NCBI GenBank assembly: GCA_965204725.1
Contig: OZ242005.1
Span: 64,001-128,000, forward strand
Length of the DNA: 64,000 nt
Reading direction: 5' to 3'
From: Candidatus Latescibacterota bacterium
Lineage (GTDB): Bacteria > Latescibacterota > UBA2968 > UBA8231
The first letter of the stretch is position 1; each line of letters opens with the position of its first letter. Positions 40,825 to 49,166 of the stretch are shown here, one piece after another. Both the position numbers and the translations under genes were made by a program. The notes below the pieces were generated by a model. It did not search any database. It was not told the origin of the DNA and saw nothing but the letters and a program-made list of their open reading frames with translations.

Positions 40825-41475
40825 TCAGAATAGCAATCGCTGGGTCAGGCTGGTCACCACCGCGATGGCGAGCGCCTCCTCCAACTCCCTCGAGTTGAAG
40901 GTCATGACAATGCCGGCATCCACCGGGCTTTTCTTGCTCACTTTGCCAGTCTTGAGATCCTTCACTGAGACCTCGACCTGCACCCGTTGCGTTTGCGGCG
41001 AGAATACTTTGCGCACCCGCTGACTGGTGATCACAGCCGTGCCGCTGATTTCCAAGTCGGCCTCGTCCGAGTCCTCGGCCACGAGCGCAAAGGGATTGCT
41101 CACTTGCCGCACGCTGTCTTCGTCGAGCACCTCAACCCGATCGGTCTGCATAAAGACCCGCACCCGCTGCTTGCGAAGTTCGCGCAACAAGGCCCCGGAC
41201 AAATCCTCAATGCGCGAGGGCCGAGTAATCTGCAACAGCCTATTTCCGTGGCTGGCGAGGGCGTTCGTGCTGTAATGAGCTCCTTGATCCGCAACCGAAT
41301 TGGCACTCCGCGGATCGATCACATTGGCTTTGCTCTCCACCGGGAATTCCTTGACGTATATTTTGACCGGCATCGCCGGCGGGTTGGTCAAACTGGTGTC
41401 CTTGAGTGCCTCGTACTTCAAGGAGCAGGCTGTCGCGCCGACGAGCAGCATCGCGCCGACATATATCTTTTTCAT
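40825..41475 (-). CDS. Uncharacterised lipoprotein
   Basis: Lipobox ATAC; overlaps upstream stop. Confidence 0.75.
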   Translation of the reverse strand: MKKIYVGAMLLVGATACSLKYEALKDTSLTNPPAMPVKIYVKEFPVESKANVIDPRSANSVADQGAHYSTNALASHGNRLLQITRPSRIEDLSGALLRELRKQRVRVFMQTDRVEVLDEDSVRQVSNPFALVAEDSDEADLEISGTAVITSQRVRKVFSPQTQRVQVEVSVKDLKTGKVSKKSPVDAGIVMTFNSRELEEALAIAVVTSLTQRLLF

Positions 41476-42254
41476 TGGCTATTCTCCACCCAACGCACGC
41501 CGTGATCGACATTGAAGTGGAACTTCAGGTCGGTAAATTCCGTTGGATTGCCGTACCCCACTTGAAAGCGATCAAAGGCCAGAATGAAGTCGTTTACTTC
41601 GAGGGTGAACGACCCAACCTCTGCGGGCAGCGGCGGAAAGGTCAGCTTGCCGCTGTATATGGAGCCTTTGCGCACGGGCTTTTCCCGGCTGTACTCGCTT
41701 CGGCTCCAGATCGGGTCGCGGTCCAAGCTAGCGTGATACCTCACATTGCCTTCTTGCCCGCCCCACTTCAAATAGGAATAGTCGAAGAACTCGTCTTGGT
41801 CGTACCAATTGCCCGCCCCTTGGCGGCAGAGCAGGCGGCGGCCGTCGTCCAAGCGCAGAATGGCCTGCGTGGGATCGAGCTCCACCCGCTCCCGAGTGCG
41901 GTTGATCACGGTCACGTCAAAAACGGTCCACAGCGGCGGCGTATAATCCAACCCGGGGATTTCAACGCCCGTGAGCGTATAGGGCGTGAAGCGGGTGCCG
42001 TATTCGGCGTCGAGCATGGCATCGTCGTAGAACTGGACCTTGACTTGCACCCCTTGCTCGCTCCACACGACCGAGCTGTCGATGGGATCGATGTAATAGG
42101 TATCCCCAGCGGGCAGGACCGGCTCCAGCTCGATGACGTACTCGCGCTGGGCCTGCGATTCGAGGGAGCGGAGGGTCGCGCATCCCCCGGCGGCCAACGC
42201 CACGCACAGCAGGACGCGAAGGTGTTTTGCGATGGGTGTCATCTGCGTTCGCAT
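41472..42254 (-). CDS. Uncharacterised lipoprotein (paralog of 29676-30443)
   Basis: Lipobox AGGC; IDPIDSS, TVFDVTVINRT, FNVDHG. Confidence 0.78.
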   Translation of the reverse strand: MRTQMTPIAKHLRVLLCVALAAGGCATLRSLESQAQREYVIELEPVLPAGDTYYIDPIDSSVVWSEQGVQVKVQFYDDAMLDAEYGTRFTPYTLTGVEIPGLDYTPPLWTVFDVTVINRTRERVELDPTQAILRLDDGRRLLCRQGAGNWYDQDEFFDYSYLKWGGQEGNVRYHASLDRDPIWSRSEYSREKPVRKGSIYSGKLTFPPLPAEVGSFTLEVNDFILAFDRFQVGYGNPTEFTDLKFHFNVDHGVRWVENSQ

Positions 42255-42256
42255 CG

Positions 42257-45226
42257 TTAGAAGGGGGATATCAGCTCCACGAAGAGGATGCCTTGCTTGG
42301 AATCGGGCCGCCCTGCATGGCTAAAGTCGCGCCGCGTGCGCTGATAGCCGAAGAATATCGAATTGTCGCGGATGCCAAAGTAGTCTGCGGTGATGCTCAG
42401 CATGGCTAGATAATCGGTCTGGCTGTACGTCTCGTCCTCAAAGGCGCGATCCCAGTGCTTAAACGGCAGCAAGGGCAGCCCTTGGACGCCCAACTGAAAG
42501 CTGGTCTTGGGCGTGAGCTTGTACCGCCCCATGACGATGGGGATGAAGTCGCTGTACGATTTTCGCGGCCCCTCTTCGCTATCGACCTGCTCAAAGATCG
42601 TCCGATGCTTGAGCTTGGGCGTGATGCTGAAGGCACCCCAGCTATGGGTATAGTCGATCTTGTTGATAATGGAAAAGCGCGAGCGCACGTCTTGGGGCTG
42701 CAACAGCCCGCTGCCGTCTTTGAGCTCAATTTCGGCTTGACTGTTGCGCTGCCACAGGAAGCCGTTTTCAATGTTGAAGCCGCGAAAGCCCTGATAGGTG
42801 CTGTCGAAAAAGAGGAGATGCACAAAGCTGTCGCGCATCAACAACTCGTCCGGCGTTGCTGGCCGCCAAAAGCCGGCGCGTTCGGGCGGGCCGTCCGGCT
42901 CGTTAAACCAGCTAATGACCTCTATATCGTCAATGGGCACTTGGTACACGTACGTGTGATCCGGGATGTCGTCTTTGACCTGCTTGGCGTCGAAATTGAT
43001 TTTCAGGGCGCCGACGCCGCGCTTTTCCACCGAGTATGCGTAGCGGAAGTACATCCCCTCGGACTTACCCGGGCCGGCGATCTGGCTGTTGTCGTAGCGG
43101 CCTATGCTAATGAACTCGCCCCAGCGCCCCAAGCGGTCGTAGCGGAGGAAGATGTGATTGCCCCTTTGGTCGCGCGGGTAGGGGTAGTCTGGCTTATCGT
43201 CGTTTTCGCGGAAGTCGGGCACGTTGTTGTTGTTGAAGTCGATGCCATAGACAAATTCGGGCGGCTCTGAATCGTAGGTCAGAAACGCCTCTTCCCAATC
43301 GACGATGAAGTTTTCGTTGCGGTCCATGTCCGGGATGTTATCGACGTTCTCGTCGAGGCCCGGATACACTTGGGCATTAGGAAAGCCCGGATATAGCGTA
43401 CGCGGCTCGGCGACAGCCGTATCACTAACGTGTTCGTCGGGGAAACGGTCGTGATCGTCGTTGTCCTCGTGGAGGGGAAACTCCTCGGTGACCATAGCGA
43501 CTCTCTCGCCGGGCGCAGGCTGTCCATCGTAGTGGAAGGCCATGCCGCCGCGGTAGCTGTCGTACCCGCCACCGTAGTCGGGCTCCATGCGGTAGATCTC
43601 GCCACCCACTGCCAAGCCGCCGACTATATCCTTGACGCCCTTGAGCCACCACGCCAAGGCGCGTTCACTACTGCGCTCGCCCTCGTTATTGCCGATCGGG
43701 AACATGAAATTTTGCAGGTTGTGCGCCACTTCGCCGCTGACTTCCAGCCCTACCAAATCGACCTGATAGTTGATCGAGGCCAAGCTCTGCCCGGTGGGAA
43801 TGCCGTAGTCAAAAGACACCATCCGCCGGTTGGCACCCGTGCCGTCGCTGCCATCAGCGCGGACGATGGTGTAGTAGAGTTCCTCGTCTTCGTCTGTGTA
43901 CCACTTGAACGGACGCCTTATGGCTCGCTCACCGGCACTGGCGATGGGGGCGGGCCAAGCTGACTCAGTGATCGTCGCGTTGCGTTGGCGATTGATACTG
44001 AAAAAGTCGTGGGTCTGGCTGACGCCGATCCGGTAGTCGCCGGCCACATCGGCGACAAAACGCGCCGAGCGCACCGTTACTTCCGGCGGAAGGACGAAGG
44101 TGTACACCACCGGCACCTTACCCTCGGCCTCGCGCCCGCCGCCCGCTTGGAAGGCCCCACCTTCGGGCGGCCCGGCTTCTATGGACGGATCGTAGTCCGG
44201 GTCGTCGTCGAGGCTGGTCAGGCGCACCGGCTCTCCGTTGCGCTCGCCTTCAAGGACGATGTCCACGCCATAGACTAGGGCATTGGCTCGGGCGTCGTCG
44301 GGCGAGTCGTCGGCCACAAAGACGCGAATGGTCTTGGGGCCAAGCATCTCATAGGGTAAGTCGCCGCGCCAAGCACTGGTGCGCGACACCGCTGGCGAAG
44401 CCATAATCTGGTTGACCAGCGTCCCGCCAACGCTGGCGAAGCTACCTACTTCGTGCTGCCAGTGGCCGCCAAAGAGCAGCACCGGTGAGTTGTCCCAAGC
44501 GTCGTCGCCTTCTTGGCCAATCGCCCATTTGGAGAATAGCTGGGCACCGGAGTGATCGCCGCCGCGCGAGTAGAGGAGCGTCGCCCGGTCGCGCTCCTTG
44601 TAGTTGATGTCCATGCGCAACGCACTCATCTTGCTGTTGACCAGTGTGAGCGGCGTGAAGATGGTACGAATATCCGTAGCACCGCCTTGTGTGCCCACGT
44701 TGCCCAATGTGGCGGTCCAGTGCAAATCCTTGTGCGTGTAGTGGCCGACCCGAAACGCCCGATACTTGTGGTCAATGTAGCTATACCCACTAAAGTCGTT
44801 GCCGCTGCGCGACTCTTCTATCGTCAGGAGCCGCCGATAGCCGCTGCCCATGTAGTTACCCATCCGATCCCAACCCACATTGCGGGTTTTCAGAGGACGC
44901 CCCGAAGGGGTGGCCCAAGGAACCGTCTCGCGCTCGTACGCAATGTACTTTTCGTCGGCGTAGTTGAGATAGGGGACATTGACTGCGGCGTTGAGGAAGG
45001 CCCTCCCTAGCCCTCGGTCATAGCGATCTTGGGGACCGCGCAGGAAGGGAGGGCGCTTTTTCCACGGGGGATCCTTTGGAGTACCGGGAGAAGGATCGTA
45101 ATAGGGCAGCGGGCCAGCAGATTCGGGGTGGCGCTGCGCCTCCGTCGGCGCGGACAATCCAGTACCAACCAGTGCGGACAAGACCACCCAGCACTTAACC
45201 ACACGGCATTTTAGAAAACACAGCAT
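42257..45226 (-). CDS. Uncharacterised ~989 aa exported protein, putative outer-membrane barrel (paralog of 35347-38268)
   Basis: Signal ending TEA; terminal Phe (LFVELISPF); many motifs shared with paralog; start moved to ATG 45226. Confidence 0.7.
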   Translation of the reverse strand: MLCFLKCRVVKCWVVLSALVGTGLSAPTEAQRHPESAGPLPYYDPSPGTPKDPPWKKRPPFLRGPQDRYDRGLGRAFLNAAVNVPYLNYADEKYIAYERETVPWATPSGRPLKTRNVGWDRMGNYMGSGYRRLLTIEESRSGNDFSGYSYIDHKYRAFRVGHYTHKDLHWTATLGNVGTQGGATDIRTIFTPLTLVNSKMSALRMDINYKERDRATLLYSRGGDHSGAQLFSKWAIGQEGDDAWDNSPVLLFGGHWQHEVGSFASVGGTLVNQIMASPAVSRTSAWRGDLPYEMLGPKTIRVFVADDSPDDARANALVYGVDIVLEGERNGEPVRLTSLDDDPDYDPSIEAGPPEGGAFQAGGGREAEGKVPVVYTFVLPPEVTVRSARFVADVAGDYRIGVSQTHDFFSINRQRNATITESAWPAPIASAGERAIRRPFKWYTDEDEELYYTIVRADGSDGTGANRRMVSFDYGIPTGQSLASINYQVDLVGLEVSGEVAHNLQNFMFPIGNNEGERSSERALAWWLKGVKDIVGGLAVGGEIYRMEPDYGGGYDSYRGGMAFHYDGQPAPGERVAMVTEEFPLHEDNDDHDRFPDEHVSDTAVAEPRTLYPGFPNAQVYPGLDENVDNIPDMDRNENFIVDWEEAFLTYDSEPPEFVYGIDFNNNNVPDFRENDDKPDYPYPRDQRGNHIFLRYDRLGRWGEFISIGRYDNSQIAGPGKSEGMYFRYAYSVEKRGVGALKINFDAKQVKDDIPDHTYVYQVPIDDIEVISWFNEPDGPPERAGFWRPATPDELLMRDSFVHLLFFDSTYQGFRGFNIENGFLWQRNSQAEIELKDGSGLLQPQDVRSRFSIINKIDYTHSWGAFSITPKLKHRTIFEQVDSEEGPRKSYSDFIPIVMGRYKLTPKTSFQLGVQGLPLLPFKHWDRAFEDETYSQTDYLAMLSITADYFGIRDNSIFFGYQRTRRDFSHAGRPDSKQGILFVELISPF

Positions 45227-45311
45227 GAAAACCCCTCGCGGGTCACTTACGTATTGAGCAACTGAAAAGCAACGGGCGAAAACATAGGCTTGCCAAATCT
45301 CGCGGGTCAAG

Positions 45312-45350
45312 AAAAAAAAACGGGAAGCAGGCGTCAAGCCCACTTCCCGT
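45312..45350 (-). terminator. Intrinsic terminator after the CBM9-like gene
   Basis: acgggaag...cttcccgt stem followed by a T run on the minus strand. Confidence 0.75.
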
Positions 45351-45379
45351 CTTTGTATAACCTATCCAAAGGCCATTGA

Positions 45380-46336
45380 CTACTGGATGAAGGTCTCCTT
45401 TACGCGGCCCCAAGAATCTTCCTCGACCGAGGTGCCTCCTTGCGGGCCAGCCGGGTCATCCACAAAGACCCAGTTGGCGAACTCGGACTGGTTACCACCC
45501 GCCCAAGCCACGCACTGGATCTGGCCACCATAGGCGTCTTCGCCATCGGCGTCAACCAACAGCCAAGTGAAGCCCATCTCAGAACCAGCAGTGGGGGCTT
45601 CAAAGAGGTTGCCATTGCGCAGGAAGGTATCCCACTCCATCCGTCCCTCGATCACGTAGTCGGCATCGCCTTCGTCGCCAAACTCATCGCCGGCGTCACG
45701 GAAGCCATACTCAAAACCCTCAATTGCGTCGGGGTCGTGGACGTCCACGCGCTGGTTCTGCACGGTGGTGATGTAGCAGACGGACAGTTCGTTCGAGCCA
45801 AAAGGCACGGCCATGAAGTTGACCACATTCAGGTTGACGTACTCGCTGGTCGGGTCACCACCGGGGTGATCTTCGTTGTTCAGGTCGAGGTAAAGAGACA
45901 TGCTGTCGCGCTCCCACCAAGCCCGGGCCTCACCGCCGCCCTCAGTGTCGCGGACGTTATCGCTAACCTCGGTAATGTAGTACAGGGCATCGTCGTCCCA
46001 TGCCTGCAAAATCACCGAAGAGACATCGGCGTCAGTGCGGCCTTCACCAGCTACTTCGGTCTCGCCGTTTTCGTTAAGCTGGTTGGTGCTGACTTCACTG
46101 GACTGCTGCTCGATATTGCGCCAGCCATACTCTTGACCGTCGAGCTGAATTTGGCTCGGCGAGCAGTTGAATTCCAGCGCACCAGCCCACTCGTCAGCAA
46201 CGGTTTCGCGGTCGCCATCGAGCGTGGGGGGCTGGGTGAACTTGGGCAAGTCGAAGTAACGCACCGGTGGCTGGGCACTGGCTAGCGTCGTAAAACAAAG
46301 GGCCGCAATAGCGACCAAAAGAGTCAACTTCTTCAT
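45380..46336 (-). CDS. Exported CBM9/DOMON-like protein with C-terminal SWGxxK motif
   Basis: Signal ending ASA; PTLDG, AWDDDALY, WERDSMSLYLD, YVIEGRM; ends TSVEEDSWGRVKETFIQ; AAGGAG RBS. Confidence 0.7.
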   Translation of the reverse strand: MKKLTLLVAIAALCFTTLASAQPPVRYFDLPKFTQPPTLDGDRETVADEWAGALEFNCSPSQIQLDGQEYGWRNIEQQSSEVSTNQLNENGETEVAGEGRTDADVSSVILQAWDDDALYYITEVSDNVRDTEGGGEARAWWERDSMSLYLDLNNEDHPGGDPTSEYVNLNVVNFMAVPFGSNELSVCYITTVQNQRVDVHDPDAIEGFEYGFRDAGDEFGDEGDADYVIEGRMEWDTFLRNGNLFEAPTAGSEMGFTWLLVDADGEDAYGGQIQCVAWAGGNQSEFANWVFVDDPAGPQGGTSVEEDSWGRVKETFIQ

Positions 46337-46385
46337 TACTGCATCTCCTTAGCTGTGAGAAGTGGACGAAAAATTTGAATGGTGC

Positions 46386-46414
46386 ATAATAAATTCTCGC
46401 CAAAAGGCTGTCAA
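46386..46414 (-). promoter_or_regulatory. Sigma70-like promoter heading the envelope locus
   Basis: TTGACA-17 bp-TATTAT on the minus strand, about 50 nt above the ATG at 46336. Confidence 0.65.
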
Positions 46415-46498
46415 GAAAAAAGTTGCTCTACTAGCCCCTTCTACATTCGTCTGCGCCCCCTATCGTTTGTAGCCAATAAGGCCAGCGGGGGGCGGTAA

Positions 46499-46861
46499 TC
46501 AACCTTTCAACAAGATGCTCACAAGCAAGCCAACCAGCGCGACAAACGTTCCGATCTGGATGCCAATAAGCCAGTCAATGCGCCGGTTGACGGCAGCGAT
46601 GCGGCTATCGACAGAGGCGATGCGGCTATCGACAGAGGCAAAGCGACTATCGACAGAGGCGAAGCGGCTATCGACAGAGGCGAATCCTCGCTGCATGTCC
46701 TGTCGCAGCGCGGCAATCTCCTGTCGTAGCGAGGCAGTGTCCTCGCGGTGGTGAGTCTCGACCCGCTCCAAGTGACGCTCAATGGAGTCAAGCCGCTTGG
46801 ATAGCTCGGCGGCGACGCCGGGCAGCGGATCGGGTTTTAGTTCAGGAGGGGAGGTCGTCAT
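46499..46861 (-). CDS. Small coiled-coil protein with C-terminal membrane anchor (DUF1640/CCDC90-like), copy A
   Basis: AGGAG RBS; heptads incl. four (F/I)ASVDSR; hydrophobic tail WLIGIQIGTFVALVGLLVSILLKG. Confidence 0.75.
   Translation of the reverse strand: MTTSPPELKPDPLPGVAAELSKRLDSIERHLERVETHHREDTASLRQEIAALRQDMQRGFASVDSRFASVDSRFASVDSRIASVDSRIAAVNRRIDWLIGIQIGTFVALVGLLVSILLKG
46596..46679. repeat. 4 x 21-bp in-frame tandem repeat
   Basis: gcgatgcggctatcgacagag and variants. Confidence 0.9.
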
Positions 46862-46914
46862 GGTCTGCAACTCCTATCGTTTGTGGCCAATAAGGCCAGC
46901 AGGGTGGGTGGTAA

Positions 46915-47103
46915 TCAGCCTTTCAATAAGATGCTTACAAGCAAGCCGACCAGCACGACAAACGTTCCGATTTGAATGCCAATAAGCCAATCGAGGCGCC
47001 GGTTGATGGCGGCGAATCCTCGCTGCATGTCCTCTCGCAGCGCGGCAAGGTCCTCTCGTTGGCGAGTCTCGATCCGGTCCAAGCGACGCTCAATGGAGTC
47101 TTG
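46915..47103 (-). pseudogene. 3' part of coiled-coil gene copy B, separated from its 5' part by an insertion
   Basis: QDSIERRLDRIE...SILLKG*, collinear with copy A from residue 24 onward. Confidence 0.88.
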
Positions 47104-47271
47104 ACCCACAAAACAAGGAGCATCGCAAAAAAACCATCGCGGCGTTCCGGCAACTCGACAGGGATGGCGTCATTGACTTGCACCACGAGGGAGGCGCAAA
47201 GACGGGGCGTTGGCAGATATTCGCGCCGCCCAAATTCCGCGATGCCAATGCCGTTGAGCAAGCCTAATCCA

Positions 47272-47337
47272 CGACAAGCGGCCCCCCATTACTCGACAAG
47301 CGGCCCCCCATTGTTCGACAAGCGGCCCCCCATTGTT
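47272..47337. repeat. Three 22-bp direct repeats (iteron-like)
   Basis: cgacaagcggccccccatt(act/gtt/gtt). Confidence 0.85.
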
Positions 47338-47410
47338 GACCGCAAAATCGCCGCAAGTGAACAGGTGACAGGAACTTACAGCGATTTTCGCTGACTCCCC
47401 CCCTTACAAC

Positions 47411-47488
47411 CCCTTACTGCCCCAGAGCAGTAAGGGTGGTAGGAAGGGCTATGCCCGGGCCGCTGACGCTGGCATAGCCCTTCCTACC
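47411..47488. repeat. Two adjacent perfect inverted repeats (10-bp and 18-bp stems)
   Basis: cccttactgc/gcagtaaggg; ggtaggaagggctatgcc/ggcatagcccttcctacc. Confidence 0.85.
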
Positions 47489-47744
47489 CTCTATCCTTCT
47501 CCCAACGCTCACACGCGCAACACAGCGGCTAATCAGCGGTTTTTATCAGGGGGGCGGCGCGAAAGCCTCGCCAAGAGCGGCGAGTTTTTCGTACACTCTC
47601 TAAAAACCCGGACCGCGCGGTACTCGGCTTGCTCTTTTGCGGCGTGGGTGGACGAGCGGGCGGTACTTGGTCAATGACCCTCAGAACCGCTCAAAACGCT
47701 TAGGAGGCGTTACAGGGCGTTTAACGCGATGGAGGCAAAAAACG

Positions 47745-48461
47745 ATGCGTGGTAGGCCAATGAGGATGACGACGGCGCGGCTGAAAGCGATTGGGGAGCA
47801 TCTCGAGGAGGGCGACGACCTAATGGGCGCGTGCCACAAGGAGGGCGTAACGTTGTCCCTCTATAAGCGTGCCTACCGCAGGCTCAAGGCGAAGGACAAG
47901 GCGCAACGCAAGCCCACAGCACGGCTACGAGCGGCTTGGAAACAAACCCTTACGCCTATACGTGCGCGTATCGCGCCTACGCGAGGCGCAGGTAATCCGC
48001 GAGTGCGGACCGGCCCCAAGCAAGGCAAGCAAGGGCGCGAGGTCGTAGCCACAGCGGATAAGGTCCTTGAGGTTTTACAGGGCTTGACCTACGGCTATAC
48101 GTTGGCGGTGTCGTGCTCGATGGCAGGCTTGGCCGTTGGCACGTTCAAAAGCCGCAGATATGCTCTCCAGCGGATTGCGCCCGAACACTTGACGGACTGG
48201 GAACGCTTGACGCTCATGGCCTACGAGGCTTGCACGGAGGCGATCTATTCAGAGGAACGCCCCGACAACCCGCTCCAGCGCGTGGAGCGAGCCGTCCGAC
48301 ACTTCGAGGAGCGAGAGTGGCTTAACGGCCGTATCCTCAAATTCACGGAGCGGCAGTGGGGGCGCAACGATGGCTTACGCGCAGGGATGGCCGCGAACAA
48401 GGCGCGGATGCGTTCCGCGCTTTGGCAAGCGGGCGAGCACGAGCAGGCTCGCGGCGTATAG
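47745..48461 (+). CDS. Double-HTH protein resembling a phage terminase small subunit
   Basis: GGAGG RBS; MRGRP start; two GxxLxxxCxxxG(V/L)-type HTH units; WLNGR...ERQWGRND tail. Confidence 0.5.
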   Translation: MRGRPMRMTTARLKAIGEHLEEGDDLMGACHKEGVTLSLYKRAYRRLKAKDKAQRKPTARLRAAWKQTLTPIRARIAPTRGAGNPRVRTGPKQGKQGREVVATADKVLEVLQGLTYGYTLAVSCSMAGLAVGTFKSRRYALQRIAPEHLTDWERLTLMAYEACTEAIYSEERPDNPLQRVERAVRHFEEREWLNGRILKFTERQWGRNDGLRAGMAANKARMRSALWQAGEHEQARGV

Positions 48462-48495
48462 CCGTTATTCTAAGCAAGAGGGATAGGAGGTTGCT

Positions 48496-48885
48496 ATGGG
48501 CAAGATTACGACGGCGGTTTCAATGTGCTTGTCGCTGGCGTTGTATTGGCATTATTCGGCGGCGTTGGCAGAGGTCGAGGGAGAGCGAGACAAGGCGTTG
48601 GCGCACGTGGCAACGGTGCAGGCTCAGTTGACAGCGGCTATTGAGGAGCGAGACGAGCACAAGGCGATGAGGGACAGTGCAGGGGCGTCGGCGTGGCGCG
48701 AGGTGGTTCGGGCCGATGAGTTGCGGCAGGTGCTAAAGCAGATGCTGGAGGATAGGTGGCTATCCGCACAACGGGCCGCTCAGTTGTGCAGCGGTTGGAA
48801 CTGTGGTAAGCTGCGGGTGGAGGCTGAATTGTGGAAAGGTCGTTTTGAGGATTTTAACTATCGACGGCGCATTTTTTTTGATTAA
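48496..48885 (+). CDS. Hypothetical N-anchored coiled-coil protein
   Basis: GGAGG RBS; hydrophobic N-terminus; ERD-containing heptads. Confidence 0.6.
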   Translation: MGKITTAVSMCLSLALYWHYSAALAEVEGERDKALAHVATVQAQLTAAIEERDEHKAMRDSAGASAWREVVRADELRQVLKQMLEDRWLSAQRAAQLCSGWNCGKLRVEAELWKGRFEDFNYRRRIFFD

Positions 48886-49166
48886 AAGTCATTATTGATA
48901 AAACGGCATAATTATCGGCTGTTTTTCCATCGACGATCCTCGATCTACCGCGAATCGGCCCTTTTTCGGCATAATTATCAAGTTTTTGTGGTAAGCCAGC
49001 GGCGTTGCGGCTTGTGAACCTACTCTGCGGCTCCCTATATTGCCCGGCGCCGCGGCAACGCCCTGCTTGGAGCAAGGAAAGGCTAAGGTATGGTGCTCGG
49101 TTAGGAACGTGTTTATGTTGTGGTTCTATCGTATCTCAATAATCTTACACAAAAAGGAGTGTTGCG

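Noticed and set aside
48496-48885. Rz-like spanin
   Set aside because: Architecture fits, but no embedded or adjacent Rz1 lipoprotein, holin or endolysin is visible
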